From an uncultured delta proteobacterium (lineage in GTDB: Bacteria > Desulfobacterota > Binatia > UBA9968), in assembly GCA_963745035.1 (NCBI GenBank), contig CAVUVW010000004.1:28021-92020 (forward strand): a stretch of DNA of 64,000 nt. Direction: 5' to 3'. The notes under the pieces are model-generated. The model searched no databases, had not been told where the DNA came from, and was given only the letters and a program-made list of their open reading frames with translations. Position 1 is the first letter of the stretch; each line of letters begins with the position of its first letter. A program made the translations under genes and the position numbers. This document shows positions 1 to 11,643 of this stretch, in pieces.

Positions 1-192
1 ACCTTTTTACTCTTTAGTTTTGCCTCTTTCTCCGATCTTGCCTCAGGGATTTGGCTGTCCAAATAAGGGATTGCCCGATCCTGGAGCGATCGCCTCTCGG
101 ATAAAAAAATATATCGGCAGTTCGATCGGGAGTGAGCACCGGGGCCCGAAACCGGCAGCACAAGTTCTTCGGCGTGGACAAAATTACCTGAG

Positions 193-1254
193 GTGGAGGC
201 GACGAAAATGATGGCGGTATGGCGAGGCTCAAGCGACAAACGCCGAAACTACCAACGCATAGGGAATTTTGCGGCGCGGCTGCCGTTTTTACTCGGCGCT
301 ATTTTTTTGCTGCCGCAGTTTGCCTTTGGGCAGGCAGATGCCCTGCCGTCTTGGAACGACGGCAAGGCAAAGCAGGCCATCGTCGCTTTCGTGGACAAGG
401 TCACCAGACAGGGCTCGCCTGATTTCGTGCCGCCGCCCGAGCGCATCGCCACTTTCGACAACGACGGCACGTTGTGGTCAGAGCAGCCGATGTACGTGCA
501 GCTGGCTTTTGTGCTTGACCGGGTGAGGGAGCTTGCCGCGAAAAATCCCGAGTGGAAAAACAAACAGCCCTTCAAGGCCGTGCTCGAGAAGGATTTCAAG
601 GCCCTAGCGTCGCAGGGCGAAAAGGGCGCGGCGCAGCTCATCGCCGCCACGCATGCCGGCATGTCGTCCGAAGAATTCAATCGCATCGCCGGCGATTGGA
701 TCGCGAGCGCGCGCCATCCGAAATCCAAGCGGCCATACACCGAAATGGTCTATCAGCCGATGCTCGAAGTGCTCGCTTATCTGCGCGCCAATGGCTTCAA
801 GACTTTTATCGTTTCGGGCGGCGGCGTGGATTTCATGCGCTCATGGACGGAAAAAGTTTACGGCATCCCGCCCGAACAGGTGGTCGGCAGCACGGGCAAG
901 CTCAGGTACGAGATGCGCAACGGCAAGCCGGTGCTGATGAAACTCGCCGAAATCGACCATGTCGACGACGGGCCGGGAAAACCGGTGGGCATCCAGAAAT
1001 TTATCGGCCGCCGGCCGCTCGCGGCGTTCGGCAACTCCGATGGCGATCAGCAGATGCTGCAATACACCGCGGCCGGCAACGGCGCGCGCTTCATGATGAT
1101 CGTGCACCATACCGACGCCGCGCGCGAATGGGCTTACGACCGCAAGTCTCACATCGGCAAGCTTGATAAGGCGCTCGACGAGGCGAACGCGAAGGGCTGG
1201 ATCGTCGCGGACATGAAAAGAGATTGGAAGCGCGTGTTCGCGTTCGATCCATAA
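193..1254 (+). CDS. HAD-family hydrolase (nonspecific acid phosphatase-like), probably exported; true start may be downstream
   Basis: HAD motif I FDNDGTLW, motif II VSGGG, motif IV GNSDGD; hydrophobic N-terminal segment ending AFG-QA. Confidence 0.9.
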   Translation: MEATKMMAVWRGSSDKRRNYQRIGNFAARLPFLLGAIFLLPQFAFGQADALPSWNDGKAKQAIVAFVDKVTRQGSPDFVPPPERIATFDNDGTLWSEQPMYVQLAFVLDRVRELAAKNPEWKNKQPFKAVLEKDFKALASQGEKGAAQLIAATHAGMSSEEFNRIAGDWIASARHPKSKRPYTEMVYQPMLEVLAYLRANGFKTFIVSGGGVDFMRSWTEKVYGIPPEQVVGSTGKLRYEMRNGKPVLMKLAEIDHVDDGPGKPVGIQKFIGRRPLAAFGNSDGDQQMLQYTAAGNGARFMMIVHHTDAAREWAYDRKSHIGKLDKALDEANAKGWIVADMKRDWKRVFAFDP

Positions 1255-1320
1255 CGGTGACGATTCATTAGGTTTCTAATTCAACGATCCACGAAAAATA
1301 AGATTCCAAAGGAGGACGAG

Positions 1321-2838
1321 ATGGCGCAGCAAGAACAGAAGAAACCGAACATCCTGTTCATCATGGCCGATGACATCGGCTGGTTTAATGTCAGTTGTTA
1401 CAATCATGGCATCATGGGCTACCGCACGCCGAACATCGACCGCATCGCCAGGGAAGGTGCCATGTTCACCGACTTCTATGGTCAGCAGAGCTGCACCGCG
1501 GGCCGCGCCGCCTTCATCACCGGGCAATCGCCGATCCGCACCGGCCTCACCAAGGTTGGTATGCCGGGCGCGACGCTTGGGCTGTCGGCGGAGGACCCGT
1601 CTGTCGCGCAGTTCATGAAAAACTTCGGTTACGCCACCGGCCAGTTCGGCAAGAACCATCTCGGCGACCGCAACGAGCACCTGCCCACAGTGCATGGATT
1701 CGATGAGTTCTTCGGCAACCTTTACCATCTTAACGCCGAAGAAGAGCCCGAATACACCGATTATCCAAAGGATCCGAATTTCCTGAAGAAGTTCGGTCCG
1801 CGTGGCGTGCTCAAGTGCAAGGCCACCGACAAGGACGATGCGACTATCGACCCGGTATTTGGCAAGGTCGGCAAGCAGACGATCGAGAACACCGGCCCGC
1901 TGACGCGGAAGCGGATGGAAACGGTGGATGAGGAATTTATAGCTGCCGCGCTCGATTTCATGGATCGCAAGACGAAGGAAGGGCAGCCGTGGCTGTGCTA
2001 TTTCAACCCGACGCGGATGCACGTCTTCACGCATTTGAAGCCGTCATCCGTGGGCAAGACCGGGCATGGCCTCTATCCGGATGGCATGGTCGAGCTCGAT
2101 GGTTTCGTCGGCCAGCTTCTCAAGAAGCTCGATGACCTCGGCGTCGCTGACAACACAATCGTCGTCTTCACTACCGACAACGGCGCCGAAGTGCTGTCGT
2201 GGCCGGACGGCGGCGCGACGCCGTTTCGCGGCGAAAAAGACACCAACTGGGAGGGCGGCTGGCGCGTCCCGTGCGTCATGCGCTGGGCCGGCGTCATCGA
2301 GCCTGGCCGCGTCATCAACGACATCTGTTCGTTACAGGATTTCATTCCGACATTCGCTGCAGCGGCAGGCGACCCTGACCTCGTCGAAAAAGTGAAGAAG
2401 GGTTACGCGATCGACGGCAAGACCTTCAAGGTCCACCTCGACGGCGTCAACCTTTTGCCGTTCCTTTCAGGCAAGGAGAAGGAGTCGCCGCGTAACGGTT
2501 TCCTTTACTGGAGCGACGACGGCGACCTGATGGCGCTGCGCGTCAACCAATACAAAATCGTGTTCGCCGAACAGCGGAGCAAGGGACTCGACGTCTGGCG
2601 CGAGCCACTGTCGCAGCTGCGCATCCCCAAGATGTTCGATCTGCGCTCCGATCCATTCGAGCGCGGCGAGGAAAGCTTCAAGTACAACGACTGGTTCGTT
2701 GAGCACGTCCCGTTCCAGTACGCTGCGCAAGCGATCGTCCACGAGTGGCTTGAGAGCTTCAAGGAATTTCCGCTGCGTCAGAAGGCTGCAAGCTTCACCG
2801 TTGACAAGATCGTCGAGAAGCTGATGCCGAGGGACTGA
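1321..2838 (+). CDS. Arylsulfatase (Cys-type formylglycine sulfatase)
   Basis: KPNILFIMADD, CTAGRAAFITG (CxxxR motif), GKNHLG, TDNG, WEGGWRVP; RBS aggagg upstream. Confidence 0.95.
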   Translation: MAQQEQKKPNILFIMADDIGWFNVSCYNHGIMGYRTPNIDRIAREGAMFTDFYGQQSCTAGRAAFITGQSPIRTGLTKVGMPGATLGLSAEDPSVAQFMKNFGYATGQFGKNHLGDRNEHLPTVHGFDEFFGNLYHLNAEEEPEYTDYPKDPNFLKKFGPRGVLKCKATDKDDATIDPVFGKVGKQTIENTGPLTRKRMETVDEEFIAAALDFMDRKTKEGQPWLCYFNPTRMHVFTHLKPSSVGKTGHGLYPDGMVELDGFVGQLLKKLDDLGVADNTIVVFTTDNGAEVLSWPDGGATPFRGEKDTNWEGGWRVPCVMRWAGVIEPGRVINDICSLQDFIPTFAAAAGDPDLVEKVKKGYAIDGKTFKVHLDGVNLLPFLSGKEKESPRNGFLYWSDDGDLMALRVNQYKIVFAEQRSKGLDVWREPLSQLRIPKMFDLRSDPFERGEESFKYNDWFVEHVPFQYAAQAIVHEWLESFKEFPLRQKAASFTVDKIVEKLMPRD

Positions 2839-2949
2839 GGAGTTTACGCGGCGCCAAAAATCGGCGAGCTTCAACGTCGACGGCATCTGTCGCGCGAGGT
2901 CAGTATTGCTGAAAGACGTCCCCTAACTTCTTTTTGGTGACGAAAAGAT

Positions 2950-3306
2950 ATGATCGATCCCCTGCTTCGGATTCCAAAAATCCTCGGCAAAGCCAGTTCG
3001 GCCGCAATGATTCTAGGGATGACATTGAGTTGCTCCACAACTAAAGCCGAAACGGAGCAGAGATGGCTGAGCTTTCGCTGTCCGGATGGCCGAGCCGTGA
3101 TAGCGCGATTCGAGCCGCAAGACGACTTTGTGAATATGCGGTTCGATGGCCACGACTTGCGGCTGCCACATGTGATCTCCGGCTCCGGCGCGCGATACAG
3201 CGTCGGCAAAACAACTTTCTGGAACAAAGGCAGGAGCGCGCTGGTAGAAGTAGACGAGAAAGTCGTCGTGCAAGACTGCGTGCTTGAAGGGGAGCCGCGG
3301 GGTTAG
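2950..3306 (+). CDS. MliC/PliC-family lysozyme inhibitor-like lipoprotein
   Basis: SGSGARYS and FWNKG motifs, two Cys, lipobox-like LSC. Confidence 0.8.
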   Translation: MIDPLLRIPKILGKASSAAMILGMTLSCSTTKAETEQRWLSFRCPDGRAVIARFEPQDDFVNMRFDGHDLRLPHVISGSGARYSVGKTTFWNKGRSALVEVDEKVVVQDCVLEGEPRG

Positions 3307-3436
3307 TCTTTCGATGGTTGGACCTGCTGAGATTTGCGCCTTGCTCTTTGTGACGCTCGGGTGGCTCAAGAGCCTCGGATCCTTCGCCTAGCGTATGTGT
3401 GACACGACGAGATGTTCAGGAGGAAGGAATAACAAA

Positions 3437-4814
3437 ATGAGCGCAAAAAGTACTTCCAAAACTAACCAAACGTTTAGCCCGACTGACCTGGGCGAACGTG
3501 CGATCCATCGTCGCGCCGTCGAAGCCGTTATCTGGGGCATACCCGCGGTGAATTACGATCTCATGTTCCAGTCGATGGTCCGCGACGCCAAGGGTGCCGT
3601 GAACCAGATCCTCTATTGGTCCGGGTTAGCGGATTGGAAGAATCAGTATCTGACGCCGAATCCAGACACTATCTACCTCATGCCTTTCTTCAGCACGAAG
3701 GACGTTGGTCCAATCGTGCTGGAGATCCCTCCGGCGGACGATGGCTCGATCACCGGAACAATCATGGATTGCTGGCAGATGGCTTTGGAGGATGTTGGAC
3801 CGGCCGGCATCGATAAGGGCAAGGGTGGCAAATATTTGATCACTCCGCCCAATTACAAAGACAAGGCTGCGGATGGTTACATTCATCTGCCGTCAGTAAC
3901 CTATCAGGGTTACGCCTTGCTCCGGTCGATCCTGAAGAGTCGCGACGACGCGGATATTGCGAAGGCTGTCGAGTACGGCAAACGGATCAAACTCTATCCG
4001 CTTTCTGCGGCAGCCAAACCACCTGAAACGACGTTCGTCGATGCGATAAATGTGGTGGTTGATGGAGTGATTCCCTATGATGTTCGCTTCTTCCAGTCAC
4101 TCGATCGAATGGTCCAATACGAACCGTGGTTGGAGCGCGATCGGGCGATGATCGATCCACTAAAAACTCTCGGCATTGAAAAAGGCAAAGCATTCAAGCC
4201 GGACAGCAAAACCACAGACATTCTGAAAGCTGCTGCGCAAGAAGCGCTGGCTCTGTTCGATCTGCGGTACGAGAACACCTACGAGCCACACAACAAAGGC
4301 ATGCGCTGGTTCCTTCCGGCTGACCAGAGACTCATCAAATCCATGGAGACAGGTTATGGGGACCCGACATGCTATCCGACCGACGGGCGCGGGGCGCGTC
4401 TTCTACTTCGCCTTCAGTAGCATCAAGCACATGGGTGCGGGTCAGTTCTACCTATTCGTCAGTCGCGACAAGGATGGTAAGCCGCTTGACGGAGCCGCCA
4501 CTTATCGACTGCATGTACCGCCAAACCCGCCCGTGAAGCAATACTGGTCGGCGGTGCTTTACGATTTCGCCACGCACGCGCTCATCCGCAACATGCCGCA
4601 CGCGAGCCGTTCGTCGCAGTCGCCTGGCCTTCAGACCAATAGAGACGGATCGGTGGACGTTTACTTCGCTCCAAAAGCACCCGCCGGAAAGGAATCGAAT
4701 TGGGTACCGACTGATCCGAAGGGAAGATTCGAAGCGCTCTTCCGCTTCTACGGACCGGAAAAACCGCTGTTCGAGAAGACGTGGGTGCTTCCGGATATCG
4801 AAAAGATTAGCTGA
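3437..4814 (+). CDS. DUF1254/DUF1214 domain protein, frameshifted near 4390
   Basis: TPNPDTIY and GKGGKYL in ORF 3395..4420; PPVKQYWS, DGSVDVYF, RFYGP in ORF 4356..4814. Confidence 0.85.
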
Positions 4815-4841
4815 GAACAACCACAGGACGGAGAAACGATC

Positions 4842-5834
4842 ATGGCTACACAAGTACAACAAACTACTACGAGCAAAACGGTTCCGGTCACGGTTGAAAA
4901 CTTCGCGCGCGCTGAGACCGATGCTTACTTCAAAAAATACGCGACTGGCCCAGGACGTGAATTGGGCAAAATCATGTTCCGCCGTGACGTGTCGCCGGTG
5001 GACGACCAGACCATCGTGCGCCAGAACCGCGACACACTTTACGGAGCTGCGGTCTTCGACCTCGATGCGGGTCCGGTGACGATCACGCTTCCCGATCCCC
5101 GCGGGCGTTTTATGTCGATGCAGACCTGGAACGAGGATCAGCACACGCCGGGCGTCAAATACAACGCCGGGTCCTACAAGCTGACAAAAGAAGACGTGGG
5201 ATCGCGTTACGTTCTTGCGGCTTTTCGGATTCTCGTCAATTCGAATGACCCCGCCGACGTTCAGAAAGGACGCGACCTGGAGGATGCAATAAAGGTCGAT
5301 CAGCCGGGAGGCCCTGGAAAGTTCGAGATCCCGGAATGGGACACGGTGAGTCACAAGAAAGTGCGTGACGCGATTATGGTGCTGGCGGACACGGTTCCCG
5401 ACTCGAACAGGATGTTCGGGATGCCGAACGAGGTAGACCCGATTCGATTCCTGTGCGGAACGGCCGCCTTATGGGGCGGCAACAAGCCCGAGGATGCTAT
5501 CTATCTCAACGTTGTGCCCCAGAAAAATGATGGGAAGACGGTTCACAAGTTGACCGTAAAGGACGTTCCGGTCGACGGTTTCTGGTCGGTGATCGTGTAC
5601 GACAAGACCGGTTACATTCCTCAGAACGACCGGAAGGTTTACTCATTCAACAATCTCACTGCGAAACCCGACGCCGACGGTTCGGTCACGATCCAGTTTG
5701 GCGGCTGCGGAGACGCGACCGGCAATTGTATTCCCATCGTGCCGGATTGGAATTACACCGTGCGTCTCTATCGTCCACGTAAAGAGATCCTCGACGGGAC
5801 GTGGAAGTTTCCAGAAGCACAGCCGGTGAATTGA
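4842..5834 (+). CDS. DUF1254/DUF1214 domain protein
   Basis: VTVENFARAETD, RQNRDTLY, VPVDGFWS, DGSVTIQFG, WNYTVRLYRP. Confidence 0.88.
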   Translation: MATQVQQTTTSKTVPVTVENFARAETDAYFKKYATGPGRELGKIMFRRDVSPVDDQTIVRQNRDTLYGAAVFDLDAGPVTITLPDPRGRFMSMQTWNEDQHTPGVKYNAGSYKLTKEDVGSRYVLAAFRILVNSNDPADVQKGRDLEDAIKVDQPGGPGKFEIPEWDTVSHKKVRDAIMVLADTVPDSNRMFGMPNEVDPIRFLCGTAALWGGNKPEDAIYLNVVPQKNDGKTVHKLTVKDVPVDGFWSVIVYDKTGYIPQNDRKVYSFNNLTAKPDADGSVTIQFGGCGDATGNCIPIVPDWNYTVRLYRPRKEILDGTWKFPEAQPVN

Positions 5835-6126
5835 TAGAATGGGAGCAAGACGGGATTTTGGTTGCAGCAAAAAAGATATTGCATGACAAACGGTGTGAGA
5901 ATTGATTGATCCGGTGGATCACGGTAGTGAAGTGAGGTCTTCATTGCGCAGTGCTCTCCAATTGATATACAGATCGTCTACAGTCGGACAAGGCGATCAA
6001 TTACGCGTACGATTAGACATGGAGGAACAGGTGAGGTTGAGGTAGATACTTTAGTGCGGAGTCTGGCCGACGTACTTTTGGGCAATACTCAGCGGAATCA
6101 ATCGCCTGATCACCGAATCTTTACTT

Positions 6127-6531
6127 ATGGGTGCACGAATCTCCTGGCTTGGGGTGCTTGTCCGTTTGGTCGGAGCGCTGGGCGTCGTGTTGCTGACGTA
6201 TAACCCTACGGGGAACTCCTTTTACCACTGGGCTCTCCGCGATCTCGCCCATATCACGGCGGTGAAAGCATTAGCCGGGGCGCTCCTGCTGGTCGGATGG
6301 GTCATATGCATACGCGCGGCATTCGTATCACTTGGCCGCCTCGGGGTGGTACTGAGCGCGCTCGTGCTTGGCACTCTGGTATGGGTGCTTACCGACTATG
6401 GCTTAGTCGATCCTGATCGGCCATCGCTGCTGTCGTGGATCGCGCTGATCGCAATCGGCATTATTCTGGGTATCGGTTTATCGTGGTCGCTGTTGCGCGC
6501 GCGGGTTACCGGTCAAGTTGAGGTAGATTAA
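6127..6531 (+). CDS. Small four-helix membrane protein (DUF6524-like)
   Basis: LTYNPTG.S.YHW and GLSWS..R.R.TGQV motifs; 4 hydrophobic segments. Confidence 0.75.
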   Translation: MGARISWLGVLVRLVGALGVVLLTYNPTGNSFYHWALRDLAHITAVKALAGALLLVGWVICIRAAFVSLGRLGVVLSALVLGTLVWVLTDYGLVDPDRPSLLSWIALIAIGIILGIGLSWSLLRARVTGQVEVD

Positions 6532-7245
6532 GAGTTTCGACGGGCTTGCGAACACAACCGGCGAGAATCAATTTCAGATTTCAAAAGTGGTGCGTGCGAA
6601 TCGAACATCGCGTTATGACGTCGCGCCACCAGCGCTGCCCCGCTCCCCGGGGGCTAGATGTTTGCTCGCAGGGGGGTGTTTGCAATAAACAATTGTCAAC
6701 TGCATTAATCGTCGTGGCAGCGATGTAGGAGTGGTGGATTCCGGCATGAGCGCCATAAGCGAAAATCTGCGGGGCAATCAGAACGTTTTCGGCCGCGATT
6801 TGAGGCAGACCGTTCGCTGGTCGCATTTCCGGAATATTCTCGGGCTTGTTTTGTTCGTGGCGGCATGGCGATGCCGAGCATCCGACCGAGTCGCGGCTGC
6901 GCCAGGCAAAACACCTGTGCCCATGGCCACGTTCTTACGATGGCCAGCGCGATCGCGTGACTTCCAAAACAAATCGGGGATTAGTGAGCCTATCTTGAAA
7001 CGGCGGGCTCCGGACAAGGTATTTAGCAGGCAAAATCAGGAAACTCCTGATCTACAGCGTCAATATTATGTGGGACGCTCTTGAGCATTCTGCCGTAAAA
7101 GGCCAACGGGAAACGGAGCACTGGAAGATGACGAGAACAATGTTCCATAAGACGAAGAGAACCAAAAGAAGTACGCTCTCCTTCGATCGGGAACGCTGGC
7201 TGATCGACGGTGCATTGTGCGTCACAGTGTTGGAAGTAAGGACGC

Positions 7246-7371
7246 ATGAGAAGAAGGGTGAAGAAGGCCCCACGCGACGCAGCGGAAAAATTCGACAAGG
7301 GAATCGAGCAAACGGAGCAGGCGATAGATAAAGCTATAGAAAGCATCAAGGAAAAAAAAGCGGCGAGCTGA
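7246..7371 (+). CDS. Putative 41-aa charged helical protein
   Basis: Hand translation MRRRVKKAPRDAAEKFDKGIEQTEQAIDKAIESIKEKKAAS*, RBS-like aagga just upstream; below the ORF-track size cutoff. Confidence 0.4.
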   Translation: MRRRVKKAPRDAAEKFDKGIEQTEQAIDKAIESIKEKKAAS

Positions 7372-7558
7372 TGAAGGGATGTACTGCTTAGGTTTCTCTG
7401 CGTATGAAACGCTCTTTGGCGCTATGAATCATCCGCCGCGCGCGAATCCGCAAGCGCTTTGATGCCTCTTTTGCAGAATAACCGTGGCGAAGTAACGCCG
7501 CAACTGCGCATGGTGCATCGTGTCTTTCTAAACGAAGTTGGTAACCAAGGAGGGAATT

Positions 7559-8299
7559 ATGCCACTTTCTAATCGTCTTGCAGCGGAGTTCTTCGGAACG
7601 TTCTGGCTGGTTTTGGGAGGGTGCGGCAGTGCCGTGCTCGCCGCGGCATTTCCCAATGTCGGCATCGGACTCTTGGGTGTATCACTGGCCTTTGGTCTGA
7701 CCGTGCTGACGATGGCATACGGCATCGGTCACATCTCCGGATGCCACCTCAATCCGGCGGTGACCGTAGGTTTGGTCGTCGGCGGGCGCTTCAAGGCCGC
7801 CGATGCGCTTCCGTATATTCTTGCTCAGGTGATCGGGGCGGTCGTCGCGGCGATGCTGCTCTATCTTATTGCCAGCGGCAAAGAGGGATTCGATCTTGCG
7901 GGCGGGCTCGCGTCCAACGGCTACGACGCTCATTCTCCCGGAGGCTACTCGCTTGTGTCCGGCTTCGTTACCGAGTTGGTCATGACGTTTATGTTTTTGT
8001 TGATCATACTCGGAGCCACCGATGAACGCGCGCCAAAAGGGTTTGCGCCGCTCGCCATTGGCATGGCCCTGACGCTCATTCACTTGATCAGCATCCCCGT
8101 CACCAATACGTCGGTGAATCCAGCGCGGAGCACGGGCCCGGCGATCGTCGTCGGAAGCTGGGCGATCTCGCAGCTTTGGCTGTTTTGGGTCGCGCCGCTG
8201 ATCGGCGCCGTATTGGCGGGAGTGAGTTATCGCGCGATCGCCGGCGAGGTTGCTGCCGGATCCGCTCCTCACAGCGCTGTGAAACCCGCGACGGTATGA
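7559..8299 (+). CDS. aqpZ: Aquaporin Z
   Basis: [39 protein letters not shown] (two NPA motifs). Confidence 0.96.
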   Translation: MPLSNRLAAEFFGTFWLVLGGCGSAVLAAAFPNVGIGLLGVSLAFGLTVLTMAYGIGHISGCHLNPAVTVGLVVGGRFKAADALPYILAQVIGAVVAAMLLYLIASGKEGFDLAGGLASNGYDAHSPGGYSLVSGFVTELVMTFMFLLIILGATDERAPKGFAPLAIGMALTLIHLISIPVTNTSVNPARSTGPAIVVGSWAISQLWLFWVAPLIGAVLAGVSYRAIAGEVAAGSAPHSAVKPATV

Positions 8300-8576
8300 G
8301 CCTTGGGCTCCGGTCTGTGCATCTTGATGGACGGGCGGGCATCCGCGTGATCGTAGGTGCGATACCGTTGCCAAAGAGATCGATCACGAGCGGCATTGAT
8401 CCTCAGCGGTCTTGTGTCGGGGCTTTGGCTTGGTCGTGTTGGCGTATCCCGAAGCGGGAGCGCTAGCTCTCGGCTGGGTAATCGCGGCTTACGCTCTTGT
8501 TTTCCGAGACTTTGATGATTCGTCTGTCTTTTCATACTGAAAAGGCATCGCGTCGCGATTTCTTAGACGGAAAAGG

Positions 8577-9518
8577 ATGCCTTCGAGTACCGAACGACCG
8601 GCACTGACCCGGTTTGCCTGGCTTTCTGTGGGGGCGGCGGTCCTGACCATCGGCCTCAAGTTCGCCGCTTATCTGGTCACGGACTCGGTGGGACTTCTTT
8701 CCGACGCGCTGGAATCGCTCGTCAATCTCGCGGCAGCACTGATGGCTCTCGCCATGCTCACGATCGCCGGCCGGGCTCCGGACGAGATGCACGCGTTCGG
8801 CTACAGCAAGGCCGAGTATTTTTCCAGCGGCGTCGAAGGCGCGCTCATCCTGATCGCCGCGGCGAGCATCCTCTGGGCCGCAATCCCGCGGCTCCTGTCG
8901 CCGCAGCCGGTGGAAAAAATCGGAGCCGGTGTAGTCGCCTCGATGGCCGCATCGGCGATCAATTTCGCCGTCGCGCGCCGTCTGCTCCAAGCAGGCAAAG
9001 AGCACCGGTCCATCACCCTGGAGGCTGATGCCCATCATCTCATGAGCGACGTATGGACGTCCGCCGGCATCCAGTTGGGCGTCGTTGCGGTGTATTTCAC
9101 CGGTTGGAATCGGCTCGATCCGATCATCGCCATCGTCATTGCCGCGAACATCGTTCGCATCGGAGGACAGCTGCTGCGCCGCTCCGTGCTCGGATTGCTG
9201 GACCGGGCGCTGCCCGCGGCGGAGCAGGACGCGATCAAAGCAGCGCTGAGCCGATACGAGCGCGACGGGATTCGCTACCACGCCCTGCGCACGCGCAGCG
9301 CCGGAGCGCGGTCGTTTATTTCTTTGCACGTGCTGGTGCCGGGAGACTGGTCGGTGCAGCGGGGCCATGACCTTCTAGAAAATGTGGAACGAGATCTACG
9401 AGAAGCAGTTCCGGGTTCGGCCGTCTTTACGCACCTCGAACCCATCGATGATCCCGCCGCCTGGGAGGATCAGGAGCTGGATAGCACGCATGACACGATC
9501 GGCTCTAGAAAGATTTGA
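8577..9518 (+). CDS. Cation diffusion facilitator (FieF-like) transporter
   Basis: [30 protein letters not shown]-terminal HLEP dimerization domain. Confidence 0.92.
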   Translation: MPSSTERPALTRFAWLSVGAAVLTIGLKFAAYLVTDSVGLLSDALESLVNLAAALMALAMLTIAGRAPDEMHAFGYSKAEYFSSGVEGALILIAAASILWAAIPRLLSPQPVEKIGAGVVASMAASAINFAVARRLLQAGKEHRSITLEADAHHLMSDVWTSAGIQLGVVAVYFTGWNRLDPIIAIVIAANIVRIGGQLLRRSVLGLLDRALPAAEQDAIKAALSRYERDGIRYHALRTRSAGARSFISLHVLVPGDWSVQRGHDLLENVERDLREAVPGSAVFTHLEPIDDPAAWEDQELDSTHDTIGSRKI

Positions 9519-10369
9519 GACAAAATTTACTGAGGCAATTATTTCGAGCATCGGCGACACTATCAGCGCGGCGTCTTCGGCTTCGCGCAGTTTATGAATC
9601 GCTGCGTCACCCATTGGCACTTCTATAAATTCACCCGCGAAGGGACCTTCGGCCGCCTCCGTCTTTTCAATTCCGGGTAGCCACGCGAGCAGCGCCGCGC
9701 GACTTTAAGGTTTTTCGAAATCTGGAATCAGGCGAACCCTGATGGCAATCCATCCGCCGCTCTGGCAAGTGCAAGACTGCGGGGACGGAATTGTAGGACC
9801 GCAAGCTTTCACAAGAGCGGGTCAATGGTGTCGGGCAGATTCAAATTCGCTATGACCCTGCGTATAGTTGCTCGTCGATAAGGCGATACCTACATGCCGG
9901 AGAAGAGGGAGAAGCGGACGTTTGGTAGATCCAAAGGTGAGTGGCGTCAGCGAGAATGAGCGCGGGCAAGCAGGATTTCTGGCGGCTCGTCCTTTGGCGC
10001 CCCTGTGTTTAGGGAATCGAAGCATGCAAGCCTCACTCTGCGAAGACATGAGGCGCACGAGCGTACCTTCAAGCCCTGGGTGAGGACGGTGGTGTCCTTG
10101 ATCCCGCGTCCTTCTGGCCGTAATCTCTTCTTTCTAGAAACTGACCCCTCAGATTTAAATGCTTGGAATCTTGGCGGGAAATCCATCACGTTAAGCTGAA
10201 CGAGAACCTGTAAGAGCCGTTCGTTACACTGTACCGCTGCCTCACCATCAATTCCGATCGCTTCAAACCCTCCACTTTTTTATCGTAACTTCAGATCGCG
10301 CGGAGAATAACGTCGTTTCCGTCTGACTTGCTGGCGGAAAGCTGCGGCGGGGCGACAATTTTAGGGAGA

Positions 10370-10588
10370 CTAACGAGAGGCGGCGCGACGATTTGAGGCC
10401 GAAAGTCCGCCTTGAATCAGTACCAGATGACGGCCGGTATTCGTGCTTTTGCCCGCGGGAGCGTGGCCAGTATCAGGTTGCGCGGCGGTCGCGGCGATAT
10501 CCTGATCCGAATGCAGCGAAGTAAGCGTCTCCGCACACAGATTAAGTATCTCAATCAGCGTGCCTGCGCTCCCGTTCGATCGGCCCAT
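10370..10588 (-). CDS. Hypothetical small protein
   Basis: 72-aa ORF with ATG start; no recognisable domain. Confidence 0.3.
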   Translation of the reverse strand: MGRSNGSAGTLIEILNLCAETLTSLHSDQDIAATAAQPDTGHAPAGKSTNTGRHLVLIQGGLSASNRRAASR

Positions 10589-10762
10589 GCTTTCAGGAGA
10601 GGCAAAATCCGTGCAAGAGCGTGGAGTCCGTTAAGGGAGTTTTTGAGCGCAATTGAGATAAGAAGCCGGGTGGCGGTGGCGGAAATGGCACGAAAAGTAA
10701 CAAACGCGTTCGCAAGCTGTTGGTTTGCGGTCCGGCACCGCCGCCATTGATCTCGGCGGCAA

Positions 10763-11641
10763 TCAGCGCGAGGTGAAGCGAATAAACTCGATGAGGTTTT
10801 TCTCGGCAGAGCTGAGAGTCTTGGCGGGATTGTAAATGAGGCGCGCTTTCGGATGCGGAATCAGTTTTTCCAAGGCAACGGTGCGCAGCCTGCTGTTGTC
10901 CTCGGGTTCGACGCAGATGTCGTGAACGATGCCCAGGCCGACGGCATTGGCAACGTAGCGCTTCACTTCCATGCACGTGCTGGCTTCCATCTCTGTATGA
11001 AGAGTAAGATTCTTTTTTCGGAAAGCGCCGTCGATGATCGCGCGCGTAGTGGTGAACGATTGCATCAAGACCATCGGCTGCTGAGCGAGTTCTTTGAGTC
11101 CTACCTGTTTGGCGGTGAAGTTCACTCCCTGACGGGGAATCACCAACGTGAGTTTGGGAGTGATCAAGGGAATTTCTTTGAGATCGACAAAAGCATGGGG
11201 AAACAGACCCATGGCCAGGTCGGCGTCGCCGGATCGCACCATCGAGAGCGCGTCCGCATGGCTGCGCGCAAGAATGGTTAGCTTGATCGACGGATAGGCG
11301 GCGCGAAAGCGCGCCAGGCTCGGCAGATAAAAATAACGAAGGCAGGCGGGAGCAGCGAGGGCGATCGTTCCGCAAAAATCGTTGGCCCGGCTCTTTGCTT
11401 TGGCGCCGGCTTCATGGACACTATCCAAAATCTTCTTCGCGTCGAGGTAGAAGTTCGCACCTTTCGGCGTCAAGGCCAGTTTTCGTCCTTTGATTTCGAA
11501 GAGCTTCAGTCCGAGCTCCTGCTCGAGAGTTTTGATCTGCTGTGAAACCGCCGACGGAGTGAGAAAACAGCGCCGCGCGGCTTCCTTCAAAGTGCCGGAT
11601 TGCACGATCTGGCAAAAGCTGTTGAGTTGGCGAAGCTCCAT
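10763..11641 (-). CDS. LysR-family transcriptional regulator
   Basis: N-terminal HTH (LKEAARRCFLTPSAVSQQIKTLEQELGLKLF), 292 aa, divergent from a catabolic operon. Confidence 0.95.
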   Translation of the reverse strand: MELRQLNSFCQIVQSGTLKEAARRCFLTPSAVSQQIKTLEQELGLKLFEIKGRKLALTPKGANFYLDAKKILDSVHEAGAKAKSRANDFCGTIALAAPACLRYFYLPSLARFRAAYPSIKLTILARSHADALSMVRSGDADLAMGLFPHAFVDLKEIPLITPKLTLVIPRQGVNFTAKQVGLKELAQQPMVLMQSFTTTRAIIDGAFRKKNLTLHTEMEASTCMEVKRYVANAVGLGIVHDICVEPEDNSRLRTVALEKLIPHPKARLIYNPAKTLSSAEKNLIEFIRFTSR

Positions 11642-11643
11642 GG

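Noticed and set aside
6532-7245. Possible riboswitch or sRNA in the long intergenic region
   Set aside because: No recognisable conserved motif by eye; would need an Rfam scan
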